A stretch of DNA of 64,000 nt from the human T2T-CHM13v2.0 reference genome, Homo sapiens. Below the pieces are notes generated by a model. That model saw only the letters and a program-made list of their open reading frames with translations. It did no database searches and had not been told where the DNA came from. The stretch is taken from NCBI RefSeq assembly GCF_009914755.1, contig NC_060931.1; one strand, written 5' to 3'. Below are positions 21,051-34,500 of this stretch, piece by piece. A program made the translations under genes and the position numbers. Position 1 is the first letter of the stretch. Every line of letters starts with the position of its first letter.

Positions 21051-22282
21051 TTATATCTCTATATTTATATGTTCGAAAAGAAGAATTTTTAGTAAGGTAA
21101 AGGATATTGTAGGTAACATGTTGTAGAGGCTTTGGATATTATATCTTCTGCAGAATATTGAGTTTGTTCCAACGGGCACTTAAATTACTGGTGGATCGCT
21201 TTTGCCTTGGGAAGGCTTGATTTTAGACATCATTAGCAAGGGTTTGCTTTAATTTGCTCTTCCTTCTAGGGCAAGTCTCTCAGTGCTGAGATGCAGTACT
21301 TACTCCTAAAATATGACCCTTTTGGTATTTCAGTGGAAATATACAAGTTTACCAAGGTCTTCTAACTTGATGGACTGGAACTTGCTACTGTGGGCAACTG
21401 CTGACATCTCTGATCAGCTCTTTCAACCTCCACAGAAGTTTTCCTGGGATCCTCTGGAGAGTGCCCTGTGCTTGTACAGTTCAGGGTCAGCCAAGGATTT
21501 GAAGGGAGAAATGCAGAGCTTTTGGTACCCAGCCCGCAAATCCCCACCACTCCATCTCCCCGCTCTGCAGCTCTTTTATTTTGGGGAGCTCCCATGTAAA
21601 TTTTTACCTGCTCTGGTTGTCCCAGGCTCCACCCTCCCACCCTCCAGGCCACTGTGAACATCTGGTGTGTGCCATGTCTGCATCCACACGACTGAATACT
21701 GCCTTAATGTGAAAAGTCACACCAAGATGAGACTAGTGTGGTCCCCTCATCTTAGGGGTCAGGTTCTCTGCATGAGTGTCTACCTGCATTTAGCCATTTC
21801 CCATGCCTTCAAAGTTATTTTCTTAGTATTATAATTTTGAATTTTCTATGCACTTTATAAATGTTATCACAAAAAGGTTAGAGGCTGGAATCTTTCTGTA
21901 ACACTCCACACCTGCTTTGATCCACCAAGGAGGAAAAACCCTGTACTGACTTAGCTCAAATTCTCCAAATCCCTGTTTTTCATCCTTCACTTTAGTGTAG
22001 AGATATTTTTAACAAACTCTAAAAGCTGCTATTATCACAGCTTTGGCCAAGACAACCCTCTCTCATCACCATCACCCCCCACCACTAATTTCTTACTGGT
22101 TGATAGACTAGAGTTTCTAGAACATACCCACACATGCTTTCCCCATTCTCCTCTGAAGCTGAAAGAGTGAGAGCTATGCAGAGACATCTATCCCTATTCC
22201 TGAAATGTCATGGGAGATATCTTTCCTGGTGCTTAGCAATAAAAGAGAGAAAACACCATATTTGAGGTAAATAAAAACAACA

Positions 22283-22288
22283 TTTAAT
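22283..22288 (-). terminator. GIMAP6: Candidate GIMAP6 polyadenylation signal ATTAAA
   Basis: TTTAAT on the plus strand about 2.3 kb downstream of the stop codon, followed on the minus strand by U-rich sequence. Confidence 0.6.
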
Positions 22289-24605
22289 GAATGACATGTT
22301 TTGAGTGCCTTGCCAGTTAGTCGCTGAATGGATCTCATTTGGTCAAATGCTTGTGTTTTCTATTATGACATTACTTAAGCTAATAGAGTTAAAATAATAG
22401 CATCAAAATTTACAAAATTATCTCCTATCTGAATGAAAATGCAAATGATTCTAACTTTTACTTCAGTAGCTCTGGAGTTTCAAGTCTGTTCACTTAGAAA
22501 TAAAATGGCCTTAATTAACTTATACTTGAACTACCAATTCCCTCAAACTTAACATAAATGTAAGACATTGCCAACTAGAATACCAATATGATTTTGGGGG
22601 GAAATTACAGAATGATTTTAACTCTCACATAGAAGAAAAAAATGCCTGAGAATAACAAGGTAAATATAAAAATGAAGACTGAGGCAAAAATTGGCTCCCA
22701 CATTATAGTCAAAGCCACTGTAATCAAATCAATATTTTATTCATACAGGAGTAGAAAAGTAGAAGACATGAACAGAAATAAAAATTCTGACCAAATCTTA
22801 AGGAGTGTGAATGAGAACTGAATGTATGATAAATGTTGCATGTTCAGTTCAATGGGAAATTGATCGCTTATTTAATAAGTGATTGTGGCACAAAGGCTGT
22901 CTTCAGCAAACACCAAATAACTCTGTGCTCTGCTTTGAGACACTTTTCTGAATCTGTTAGCAAGAGAAATGCTGAAGCTTTCTCAGATGTCTGCTGTGTC
23001 TAGGGAAGATGGGGGATGGCTTCAGAGCAAGAGGCCACAGGTCGGCTGTGAGCATCTGTGTCTAGCTGTTGAGCATCTCCAACAGTGGATGAGTGTCCAG
23101 GTAGACCTGAGGCTGTGCCCTGAGATTTCTGATCATCTCCCAGCACTGTCTCCACCAGCTGTACTTCCCGCCCCTCTCGGGAGAAACTAGCTAAAGGCCC
23201 CCTGCTACGCAGCTTGAAGAAAGGAAAAGAGGAATATATTGGGGAGCAGTTTCCCCAATGCCTCCTATTATCTTCCCAAATGTCGGTCAACTCCCCAGGA
23301 GCATCTTGGACCTCAAAGGAGGTGGGGTGCACCCGGGGCACATCAGTCTCCTCTTGCTGGCAGGCAGCTTCCTATCCGAGGCCTGAGACAGGATGACATC
23401 CTACTCCCTTCTCATCCTGTCCAGTATCAGTACTTATAAACCCCATCTGTAGGAACAGCCTTCCAGGAAAACATCATGGGCTTCAGAGTTCTCCCATAAA
23501 CCAGGCAGGCTGCCTCGCAAGATGTTTAAGTCACTCTACTGCTTCCTTTGCAGGCCCCCTTTCTTCCCTGCCTCCTTGCATTGGACCCCCACAAATACTT
23601 TGCTAGGGAACCCGTTTGCACACGCAGACACCCCATCCACATGCTCCCATTATCAAGGGAGAAGGGAGGGGTGGCAGTGAAGGGCGAGGCAGGTTGAAAG
23701 TAGTCTGTGCCTTCTAGGAGCAGAAGGCAAATATCATGAGGGGCCATGAAACCCATGGAAAAAGGGGAAGTAACAGATGCAAGTCATCTCTAATCTAAGT
23801 CTACCTTGGTGGGGTGGTGTGACCTCCTCTGCCCAAGTCCACTTGCATCCCTAGGGGCTTCCATGTTCTGTAGCCAGGGCAAGGGACCACCTACTTGACC
23901 ACAGTCTGACTTCTTGGATACCCTGCCCCAAACTTCTCCCATCATTCCCACTAGGAAGTTCCAACGGGGCTTGTTTGTTACAGCTCAAGAGTGAATAAAA
24001 GGGCTGCTCCTCCTGCCTCCATCCCTGTTCCTGCTTGCTCTCCTCCCAGCCCAGTCTCCAACCCTCCCCACCCAGTCTCCAACCCTCCCCATGTCTCAGC
24101 ACCACTGCCATGTTCCAGCCACCAGACACAACAGGCACCTTAAACCATCATGGTGTGGGGAGAGATGAGAAGTCATCTGGTCAACAGCTTGCATGGAGTT
24201 GCCGCACCAAACGTGACTGCATGACTCCAATGCAGTCAAAAGCTGTGGAAGTTACACAGAAGTAAAAGATACAGGCCTGCCCTCAAGAAACTTTGGTTCT
24301 ATCAGAGTATAGACAAGTAACTCATGAAAGGCAATGCCAATGAGATAGAAGGTCCAATAGGAAGACAGCGTGCTGTTGGGGCACAGAGGAGGGAGGACCC
24401 AGATGTTCTGGAAGAAGGAATGAAGGAACTGGAATGTGATCTGGGCATGCTGGACCCTGTCCTCAAGCCCCATGCCCCTCTTCCTACACCAGACGTCATG
24501 ACCTGGAGACTGGGAAGCACTCCATGGGATGGAAAGAGAAACAGAGGGCTGGACACAGGGGGGTGCAAAGGCTGATGGTGTCCTTGGCTCAAGTCCAGCA
24601 CAGGC

Positions 24606-25399
24606 TCAAAGGTCAGCCTTCCCCAGCAGGCATCTGTGGGCTTCCTCAGATTCCTTCTGGATCTGGGACAGTCCTTCCAGCCAAGACTCCTCACCAGGCA
24701 CGTCCTCAGAGCCTTGGCCCTGGCTTACTTGCCTTTCCTGTAGTTCTTTCAGCCGAAAGTTTTGCTGGGTATATTGGTAAGCCTTGTTGCTGTAATAATC
24801 TCCTTCGTTTTCCCACATAATGGCTTCAACTTTCTCCATGAGCTCTCGCAGTTGGGCCTCCTGCTCCTCCCCCTGTGCCCTGTTGTTGAAGCCGCAATGG
24901 CGCCGTGCAAGGGTCACATCCAGCCAGGCAAGGGCCTGGTTGTTGGTCTCTCGCACATAGTCTTCCAGGGAGCTGCCAGCCAGGTCTTCCTTCCGGGTGA
25001 ACACCAGGATGGTGTGACCCAGAACCCCCACTCCAAAGACCTCCTGCAGGCGCCTGACCACCTGCTGATCCTCATCCGTGAACCGGCCCAGTTGTGTCAC
25101 CAGGAGCACGGCGTGGGGCCCTGGGGCGGATAAGACGATGGCTTGGCAGATAGCGTCTGCCACCTCTGGCGAGACCTGGGGGGACAGAATGTTGGGTGTG
25201 TCAATCACCTCAAGCTCCTTCCCAGCCCACTCTCGGCTCCGTCTCTGGGAGGTCTTGGTCACGGGTCTGGTGCTGAGTTTAGACTCGAAGACGTCCCTGC
25301 CGAGGATGCTGTTTCCTGTTGCACTCTTCCCACTCCCTGTTTTCCCCATGAGAATGAGCCTCAGTCTCCTTGGGGTCTTCTGTTCTTTCTCCCTTAGAC
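24606..25399 (-). CDS. GIMAP6: GIMAP6 main coding exon (AIG1-type GTPase domain and C-terminus)
   Basis: P-loop GKTGSGKS, G2 VTKT, G3 DTPN, conserved box [14 protein letters not shown]4 TRKED, FNN; ends [10 protein letters not shown]. Acceptor TTTCTAG|GT at 25400. 85+794 = 879 nt, i.e. 292 aa plus stop. Confidence 0.97.
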
Positions 25400-25609
25400 C
25401 TAGAAATATCCAAAGAAAGCAGAGGGAACTGGGGTAAGGGCCCATGTACCCCATCTTGTCATCACCAGGAGCCTCTGGGTGTACCCCCAGACTGCAGGGG
25501 CAGATTGTAAAAGACCAACATCTGCCCTGAAACCAGCGCTGGGCCACCATTCTGGGCCCACATCCTTGAAGGTGGGGCTGAACGTTCTCTCCCAGTGCAA
25601 GAGCAGAGC
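25400..25609 (-). CDS. GIMAP6: Alternative in-frame 5' extension of the GIMAP6 main exon (+70 aa, 362-aa isoform)
   Basis: Second acceptor CTTCTTTCTAG|GC at 25610, exactly 210 nt upstream, in the same phase and with no stop ([26 protein letters not shown]...). Confidence 0.7.
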   Translation of the reverse strand, partial: ALLLHWERTFSPTFKDVGPEWWPSAGFRADVGLLQSAPAVWGYTQRLLVMTRWGTWALTPVPSAFFGYF

Positions 25610-26944
25610 CTAGAAAGAAGAGCGAGACTTGGCCAATAGAACACCAAGAAACCCAATACCAAGGTTTTTAGATATGACTGGGGAAGAAGGCAGGAAGGGA
25701 ATTCCCTTCTCCTGGCCTTGCGGGTCCCAAGACCCAGAGCACATAAAGAAGTGACAAGTAATAGCTGGTTTCCCAGTCTTGTCCCCACTGAAGACATTGA
25801 TGTATCTCAGATGACAAAGCATGAAGCTGGCATGTGGCAGCATGGGCGTGGCCATCTCCTGAATCTCCTGGGCACCAACAGGCCTTGCTGTGGCCTGACA
25901 GCCACCCTTGGCTCTGACCCACGTGCCAATTCTAACTGAGTGACATTGGGCCCCCTCCAGCTTCCCCAAGGTGGCTGGAAGGAATTTGAATGAATGGGCA
26001 GAAGTCTGGGCAGTAGATCTTCATCCCCACCCACCTAGCCCAGTGCAGAGCCAGAGGAGACAGGAACCCCCATCTGAGCAGCCTGGAGCTAGCACACACC
26101 ACTGGACTTTACTAAAGCCAAATGCATCACTTGAGCTCTGGAGAGGATTCTTAAAAGAATAGCTAACCTTGATTGCTATAACAAAAGGTCAAACAGGTGT
26201 TACACAGGTATTGGTAATGTCCCTATTGTAGTAGGTTAACGTGGCTTTTTCCAGATGGCTCAGGCCATTTAAGTTCATAAAGTAAAAGGTCATTCATATT
26301 AAAATACATAATGAATCACAAATCATTTCTTCTGGCCAGGAAAGGGCTGGGTTTCCAGCAGTTGTAAATCCTGCCTCCCCAGGATGAATGACGAAGTTGA
26401 GCCCATGAAAGTTAAGCGCCTGACCCTGTGCAATGGCTTTTGGGAAAGGGACGCCCTCGATAAGGCAGAGCCCAGATCTGAGGCAGCAGCCAAGTACATT
26501 CTGCTTGTGCACAAGGCGCTTTCAAACTTACAACTGTGACAGCTCCACTTCGGAGTCAGCCAAACACCCATACAGGGTCTGTTGGCATCCAAGCCTCAGT
26601 CCAAGGCCACTTATTTTTGTCACACGCACTGTCAGCACATCCATCCTGAGGAAGAACATCTACCATGTGAAAGCATTTCCTTTGGGACTGGCATGGTGAT
26701 TTAGTCATTGGTGCTATTTCTCGCCTCCTTTTATCTACCATACCTATCCAGGGGTCTTTTTTCTTATTTTTGGCTAGTGATAAGAAGGGCCCTACCCCAA
26801 AGGCCTCTGATGGTGGCTGAGGCGGGTAAATTTCTGTGACTGGGGGACGTCAGCTTCCTCTCCAAGCACACTATGGTGGTGGAGCTGTGTCCCACCTGCA
26901 CCCCAAATGTTTCCCACTTGCTCCCCTCTCCTCATTCATTTTAC

Positions 26945-27029
26945 CTCCTGACAGCTCCAGCACAGGATCCTGGGACAGCTCTTCTGGGGGATTCTCCTGG
27001 GGAATTTGTTCATATTCTTCTTCCTCCAT
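26945..27029 (-). CDS. GIMAP6: GIMAP6 first coding exon ([28 protein letters not shown])
   Basis: T21-GTAG|ATG acceptor; donor GAG|GTAAA at 26944; phase 1 matches the downstream exon. Confidence 0.95.
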
Positions 27030-28769
27030 CTACAAAAAAAAAAAAAAAAAAAAATCATATGTTCTACTGACTTTCCAAATGAGTTTCAACAGCCACCTGC
27101 CTTTCGCCTTTCTCTTGCCAGAGGAAAGTTTTTTGCATTAGTTTAGGGTTGGGGTGGGACTGAGTGAGGCAATGGAAGAAGGGGTCTAAGACACTCTCTG
27201 CTGGCTTTAGGGACCCTATTTATTTAGGGATGCTATCCCTCGCCCCCTTCATTGTGGTCTCCATCATAAGTTTAAGAGATTTTACAGATAAAGGTGCAAC
27301 TGGCCTGGGAGCTGAGGAATGGATGAAATTTGGATAGACAAAGGGTCTGGAACTGTTCTGGGAGGTGGGGGGAGGTGGAGGAAGGGAAGAAGGAGGAGGT
27401 GGAGGAAGGGAAGCACAGAAGCAGGTGTGATTCTGATCCTGTGTTCCCTGGGAGCAGCAGGAAGGCCTGGTGTGCCTGGAGGACGTGAATGAGTAGGATG
27501 TTGTTGGGAGGGGCCACTTGGTGGGCCTTGGGGCCAGACTTTGGAGAAGACTGTGCAGTGAGGGTTACAGAGGACTGGGATTGCAGGGGCTGAGCTGGGA
27601 AGGAAGCCAGAGACCTCAGGGGAGAAGCAGCCACCAGTTAGCTCTGTCTGGGCCTCAGCATCCCATCAGTAAGAATGTTGGGCCTGAACTAGATGCCTGT
27701 GAATGTCTCTTCCCCTATTAAGGTCTCAACATACTTCATAACATTTTTTAGAGCAATTCTTAGTCCTTTTTGCAAATTAGGGCCACATCATTCCCAACCA
27801 GGAACTCCTGTCCCCTTTCCCATGACAGCAATGTGTCCTGGCTTCATAGACTAACACAGTTCTCTGTGCCAAGATCCCATAAGGTTCTCTCTGCTGGATT
27901 TTCTCTGTGGGACTGAGGAGGAAGTTGCATGGTCCATGACTGTTTTTCCAGATCATGTAGGACATTCACAACCAGATGAAACAGATCCAGATGAAGGATC
28001 TGGGGTGTGGGGAAACCTAAGTCCAGGGGAACCTGATAGACATGTTTTTCTCATTGCCACATTGTTAGATGTTTGTTCTATTCTGTTCACCTGGCAAACA
28101 CTCCAGTCCTCCCCAGATCCCAGGAGTATATATGCGGATATTGCTTTATGATTGGTAAAGATCAATTTTGCAGTGCTGGGCTGGGCATGGAGGGAGTCCA
28201 GGAAGGTCTGTTGACTTTCTAGGAAGAAAGAAGAAGCAGGCCAGGCGGACAGCCTTACTCAGACCTGAACAGCCAGATTCTGGAAGGAGTACAATATTTC
28301 ACCTACCAAAGGGAGTTAGTTCTTCCTAACTGGTGGCCTCTCAATCTCTTTGTCCCTGGCTTCCTTACATCCCTGGTGGAAATTGAGGCAGCACTTTACC
28401 AATGTAATCTCATTCCTCCTTTAGAGAGAACGGGCAGGCAGCTTAACAGGAAACAACAGCCGGGTGGGACTAGGCTGTGGCATGCAGGAACCTGCACTGT
28501 GCCTTCGCAGGGTTCGGGGAATGGGTCTGCACGCAAGGCACCTCCCTGCCTCCTCCTAGACCCTCCCCGGAATGGCACCTCCCATGTTGGCCACAGTGTG
28601 CATTGTCTCCAACACAGAAGATGGAACAGATAGTACCATCCTTGTCATATTGCTCTGGAAGAAAGCAAAACTCAGAGAAGCATCTTGCCAAATATTAAAC
28701 AGTGACTTTGTCACAAGGCAAAAAGTTCTCCAGACGTGTTGGTCACAGCTCTTTTTATCACATTACAAA

Positions 28770-29040
28770 CCTGCACACACCACAGCACACACAAATACAC
28801 AACACACACACATACACAAAACACATGTACCACTCACACACATGCAGGTGAACACACAAACACATACACAAACACAAATATACATACACAACACACACAC
28901 AACACTCACATACACACACAACACAAACATCACACACACAAACATCACTCACACACATTCATGTTAACACATACAAACATGTAAACACACATGTACAACA
29001 CAAACACCCACACATACACATCCAAATATGACACGCACAA
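28770..29040. repeat. Degenerate (CA)n-rich simple repeat in GIMAP6 intron 1
   Basis: Interrupted CACA runs next to the exon 1 donor. Confidence 0.9.
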
Positions 29041-29054
29041 ATACTCAGACTTAC

Positions 29055-29280
29055 CTCTGCACCAGCTCACAGGCAAGAGAAAGGACCACGTTTCTGGTCT
29101 CCCGGCCACGCACTCTCACGGAGGAGGCAGAGAAAAGCTTCCACAGTGTATGAACACAAGGAGGACAAGGCCGATGTTTGCTTATATTTTCAGCAAAATG
29201 TTTTCAGAGAGCTGGGCTGGAGACCTGCCCTTGAAAGAGCAGTGTCCGCTGGAGATGGAGGAACAGGAAGTGGGTAGGAG
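29055..29280 (-). other. GIMAP6: GIMAP6 non-coding exon 1 (5' boundary approximate)
   Basis: Consensus donor GCAGAG|GTAAGT at 29054; no upstream ATG in 29055-29420; adjacent ETS-rich promoter. Confidence 0.7.
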
Positions 29281-29345
29281 CACCGGCCTTCCTGAGTCAG
29301 AAGAGTCTGCTGTTGCACTTTGCAGCCTCGGAAGTAGAAAAAGGG
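29255..29345. promoter_or_regulatory. TATA-less ETS/AP-1 promoter of GIMAP6
   Basis: CAGGAAGT (~29264), overlapping TTCCTGAGTCA ETS+AP-1 site (29289-29299), CGGAAGT (~29329). Confidence 0.6.
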
Positions 29346-30007
29346 AGGATACCAGTGGTGGGATTATTTTTATCCTGAGCCAGGATAACTAGAACTCAGA
29401 GCTTAAAAAGAGGCAGATGCCTCAGAAAGATTTGTGTCAGGAGGAGTGACTTTCCCTGATCTCTCTTTTCTGAACCCCACCTCTTCCCCAGGGAACTTCT
29501 ATGCCTCAGTATTGGGGCAAACAGTCATTGTCTCCTTTCTTCCCCAACCTCTCCTTCCTTTAATAGTTTCTCTCAGGACAAGGTCTGACACTCATTACCT
29601 CTAAGGCATGAATCATTGGTAATTACAATTGTTACAGCTTCTAGAAGATCTGCACTATAAGAAAAGGGAAAATACAAAAGAATGTCTAAAATGTAGGATT
29701 AAAGAGAGCACTTGTTATGGGGGAAGAACAATATTTTAAACACAGGCCAAGGGAGAAAACACCTCAGCATCCTCAAAAACATGTTTTCTAGGACTTTACT
29801 GACAGATCTGATAACTGTGGCTAAAGGGAAGCCATTGAAGGAAGAAATTCAGAACATAGGAGCATAGGTGATGATATTGTTACCACATGATTTTAAAATG
29901 TTAAGATTCCCTAAAAAAATTCCACTCAATCTACTATAATAGTTCTAATTTTCTTTGGTTCTGTTCTGGTTGATAATCATGGTGTATTTATTAAAATTGT
30001 TACATAG

Positions 30008-30372
<365 letters not shown>

Positions 30373-30384
30373 TAACATGATTAA

Positions 30385-30687
30385 TTCTTTTTTTTTTTTT
30401 TTTCTCGAGACGGAGTCTCGCTCTGTCGCCCAGGTTGGAGTGCAGTGGTGCGGTCTTGGCTCACTGCAAGTTCCACCTCCTGGGTTCACGCCATTCTCCT
30501 GCCTCAGCCTCCTGAGTAGCTGGGACTCCAGGTGCCCACCACCACGCCCAGCTAATTTTTTGTATTTTTAGTAGAGATGGGGTTTCACTGTGTTAGCCAG
30601 GATGGTCTCGATCACCTGACCTCATGATCTGCCCACCTCGGCCTCCCAAAGTTCTGGGATTACAGGTGTGAGCCACCACGCCCAGCC
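30385..30687 (-). mobile_element. Alu (AluY-like), tandem to the previous Alu
   Basis: GGGTTCACGCCATTCTCC and TTAGCCAGGATGGTCTCGATC diagnostic text. Confidence 0.9.
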
Positions 30688-31537
30688 ACTTAATTAATTC
30701 TTAAAAGTCATGTGTTGATCTTTACCATTCCATTGCCTAAGTATTTAGAAAGTATTTAGAATGTTATTACTCCACCCATAATTGAAATTAACCATCTATT
30801 TTGAATTTTAATCATTTCCATCTTCTGCAAGCTGACTCTGGAGAGTTGCCCAGACCTGCAGTTGACTGAGCCAGGGATCAATCAGCTCAGCGTTTAGCCA
30901 TGAGAATTGGGAAGTGTTTGTTACTGCAAGGTAATCTGGCCTAATCTAATTGATACAGCATATAAATCTGATGTTGGTTCTTTTGGTTTGTTTTTTATTT
31001 TTTGCTGACTCTCACTTTTGGTGATTTCTTTTCTGGAATTACATTCACAGTCTTTGATTGTGAACTTAAGTATGGAAATCCTTGGGATTGAAATCAAGGT
31101 GGCTTTACTCCAGAGAAGATTTGTGTACATTTTTATCAGGAACTGACAAGGGGGTGCTGGTACTACTAAACTGAAACCACTTCAACCCCATTTTCAGATT
31201 TCTGGCTTAATCCAGAAATTCCTCAATCTACAACTCACTTTACAACTGATTCCAAATTTAGGCTCCAGAGAGTATGGCTGAGAGCTTCATTTGCTCTTGG
31301 GGCAACCAATCTTCCCTTTGAGTTTATGGCTCTACTCCTGTTTCAGTTTATTTATTTATTTACTTATGTATTTATTTGGTTATTTAAAAAAATTTTGCCC
31401 ACATGGTGTTATCCCTCACTTCCTGCAAGCCAAATAATGTAGTCCATTGTTTTGTTGAGGGAGGACTTCTCTATGCTAATGTCTTAAACACAGCATATTT
31501 ACAAAGAATGTAATTCACAATCTCTGTTATGATCTTG

Positions 31538-34500
31538 TTTCTTTTTTTATTATTATTATACTTTAAGTTCTGGGGTACATGTGTAGAATGTGCAGATTTG
31601 TTACATAGGTATACACGTGCCATTGTGGTTTGCTGCACCCATCAACCCATCCTCTACATTAGGTATTTCTCCTAATGCTATCCCTCCCCCAGTCCCCCAT
31701 TCCACAACAGGCCCCGGTGTGTGATGTTCCCCTCCCTGTTCCATGTGTTCTCATTGTTTGATTCCCACCTGAGTGAGAACAGGCAGTGTTTGGTTTTCTG
31801 TTCTTTTGTTAATTTGCTGAGAATGATGGTTTCCAGCGTCATCCATGTCCCGGCAAAGGACATGAGCTCATTCTTTTTTATGGCTGCATAGTATTCCATG
31901 GTGTATATGCACCACATTTTCTTTATCCAGTCTATCATTGATGGGCATTTGGGTTCATTCCAAGTCTTTTCTATTGTGAACAGTGCCACAATAAACATAG
32001 GTGTGCATGTGTCTTTATAGTAGAATGATTTATAATCCTTTGGGTATATACCCAGTAATGGGATTGCTGGGTCAAATGGTATTTCTAGCTCTAGATCCTT
32101 GAGGAATCGCCACACTGTCTTCCACAATGGTTGAACTAATTTACACTCCCACCAACAGTGTAAAAGCGTTCCTATTTCTCTACATCCTCTCCAGCATCTG
32201 TTGTTTCCTGACCTTTTAATGATCACCATTCTAACTGGCGTAAGATGGTATCTCATTGTGGTTTTCATTTGCATTTCTCTAATGATCAGTGATGATGACC
32301 TTGTTTTCATATGTTTTTTGGCTGCATAAATGTCTTGTTTTGAGAAGTGTCTGTTCATATCCTTCACTCACTTTTTGATGGGGTTGTTTGTTTTTTCTTG
32401 TAAATTTGTTTAAGTTCTTTGTAGATTCTGGATATTAGCCCTTTGTCAGATGGATAGATTGCAAAAATTTTTTCCCATTCTGTAGGTTGCCTGTTCACTC
32501 TGATCATAGTTTCTTTTGCTGTGCAGAAGCTCTTTAGTTTAATCAGATCCCATTTGTCAATTTTGTCTTTTGTTGCCATTGCTTTTGGTGTTTTAGTCAT
32601 GAAGTCTTTTTTCATGCCTATGTCCTGAATGATAATGCCTAGGTTTTCTTCTAGGGTTTTTATGATTTTAGGTTTTAGGTTTAAGTCTTTAATACATCTT
32701 GAGTTAATTTTTGTATAAGGTGTAAGGAAGGAGTCCAGTTTCAGTTTTCTGCATATGGCTAGCCAGTTTTCCCACTACCATTTATTAAATAGGGAATCCT
32801 TTCCCCATTGCTTGTTTTGGTCAGGTTTGTTGAAGATCAGATGGTTGTAGATGTGTGGTGTTATTTCTGAGGCTTCTGTTCTGTTCCATTGGTCTATATA
32901 TCTGTGTTGGTATCAGTACCATGCTGTTTTAGTTACTGTAGACTTGTAGTATACTTTGAAGTCAGGTAGCGTGATGCTGTACTACAAGTCTACAGAACTT
33001 TGTTCTTTTTGCTTAGGATTCTCTTGGCTATGCAGGCTCTTTTTTTGGTTCCACATGAAATTTAAAGTAGTTTTTTCTAGGTCGGTGAAGAAAGTCAATG
33101 GTAGCTTAATGGAAATAGCATTGAATCTACAAATTACTTTAGGCAGTATGGCCATTTTCACAATATCGATTCTTCCTATCCATGAGCATGGAATGTTTTT
33201 CCATTTGTTTGTGTCCTCTCTTATTTCCTTGAGCAGTGGTTTGTAGTTGTTCTCCCTGAAAAGGTCATTCACATCCCTTGTAACTTGTTTCCTAGGTATT
33301 TAATTTTCTTCATAGCAATTGTGAATGGGAGTTCACTCACGATTTGGCTTTCTGCTTGTCTATTATTAGTGTATAGGAATGTTTGTAATTTTTGTACATT
33401 GATTTTGTATCCTGAGATTTTGCTGAAGTTTTTTTATTAGCTTAAGGAGTTTTGGGGCTGAGATGAGGGGTTTTCTAAATATACAATCATTTCATCTGCA
33501 GAGACAATTTGACTTCCTCTCTCCCTATGTGAATACCATTTATTTCTTTCTCTTGCCTGATTGCTCTGGTCAGAACTTCCAATACTATGTGAATAGGTAT
33601 GGCGAGAGAGGGTATCCTTGTCTTGTGCCAGTTTTCAAAGAGAATGCTTCCAGCTTTCGCCCATTCAGTATGATATTGGCTATGGGTTTGTCATAAATAG
33701 CTCTCATTATTTTGAGATATGTTCCATTAATACCTAGTTTATTGAGTGTTTCTAGTATGAAAGGGTGTTGAATTTTATCGAATGCCTTTTCTGCATCTAT
33801 TGATATAATCATGTGGTTTTTGTCATTGGCTTTGTTTATGTGATGGATTACATGTATTGATTTGTGTATGTTGAACCAGCCTTGCATCCCAGGGATGAAG
33901 CCAACTTGATCGTGGTGGATAAGATTTTTGATGTGCTGCTGGATTTGGTTTGGCAGTATCTTATTGAGGATTTTCACAATGATGTTCATCAGGGATATTG
34001 GCCTGAAATTTGTGTGTGTGTGTGTGTGTGTCTGTTTCTGCCAGGTTTCAGAATCAGGATGACTCTGACTCATAAAATGAGTTAGGAAGGGGTCCCTCTT
34101 TTTCTATTGTTTGGAATAGTTTCAGAAGGAATGGTACCAGCTCCTCTTTGTATCTCTGGTAGAATTTAGCTGTGAATCCTTTTGGTCCTGGGCTTTTTTG
34201 GTTGGCAAGCTATTAATTACTGCCTCAATTTCAGAACTTCTTGTTGGTCTATTCAGGGATTCGACTTCTTCCTGGTTTAGTCTTATCCATTTCTTCTAGA
34301 TTTTCTATTTTATTTGCATAGAGCTTTTTATAGTATTCTCTGGTGGTAGTTTGTATTTCTGTGGGATCAGTGATGATATCCCCTTTATCATTTTTTATTG
34401 TGTCTATTCGATTATTCTCTCTTTTCCTCTTTATTATTCTGGCTACTGTTCTATTTTGTTAATGTCTTCAAAAAAAAAAAAAACCAGCTCCTGGATTCAT

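Noticed and set aside
24762-25437. Plus-strand ORFs overlapping GIMAP6
   Set aside because: These are antisense shadows of a GC-rich coding exon with no independent support.
24606-25550. 314-aa ORF as the primary GIMAP6 protein
   Set aside because: The splice signals and the recognisable [10 protein letters not shown] exon give the 292-aa product; this ATG lies in the alternatively spliced region.
28572-28984. His/Thr- and Cys/Val-rich ORFs
   Set aside because: They are artefacts of translating the CA/TG repeat.
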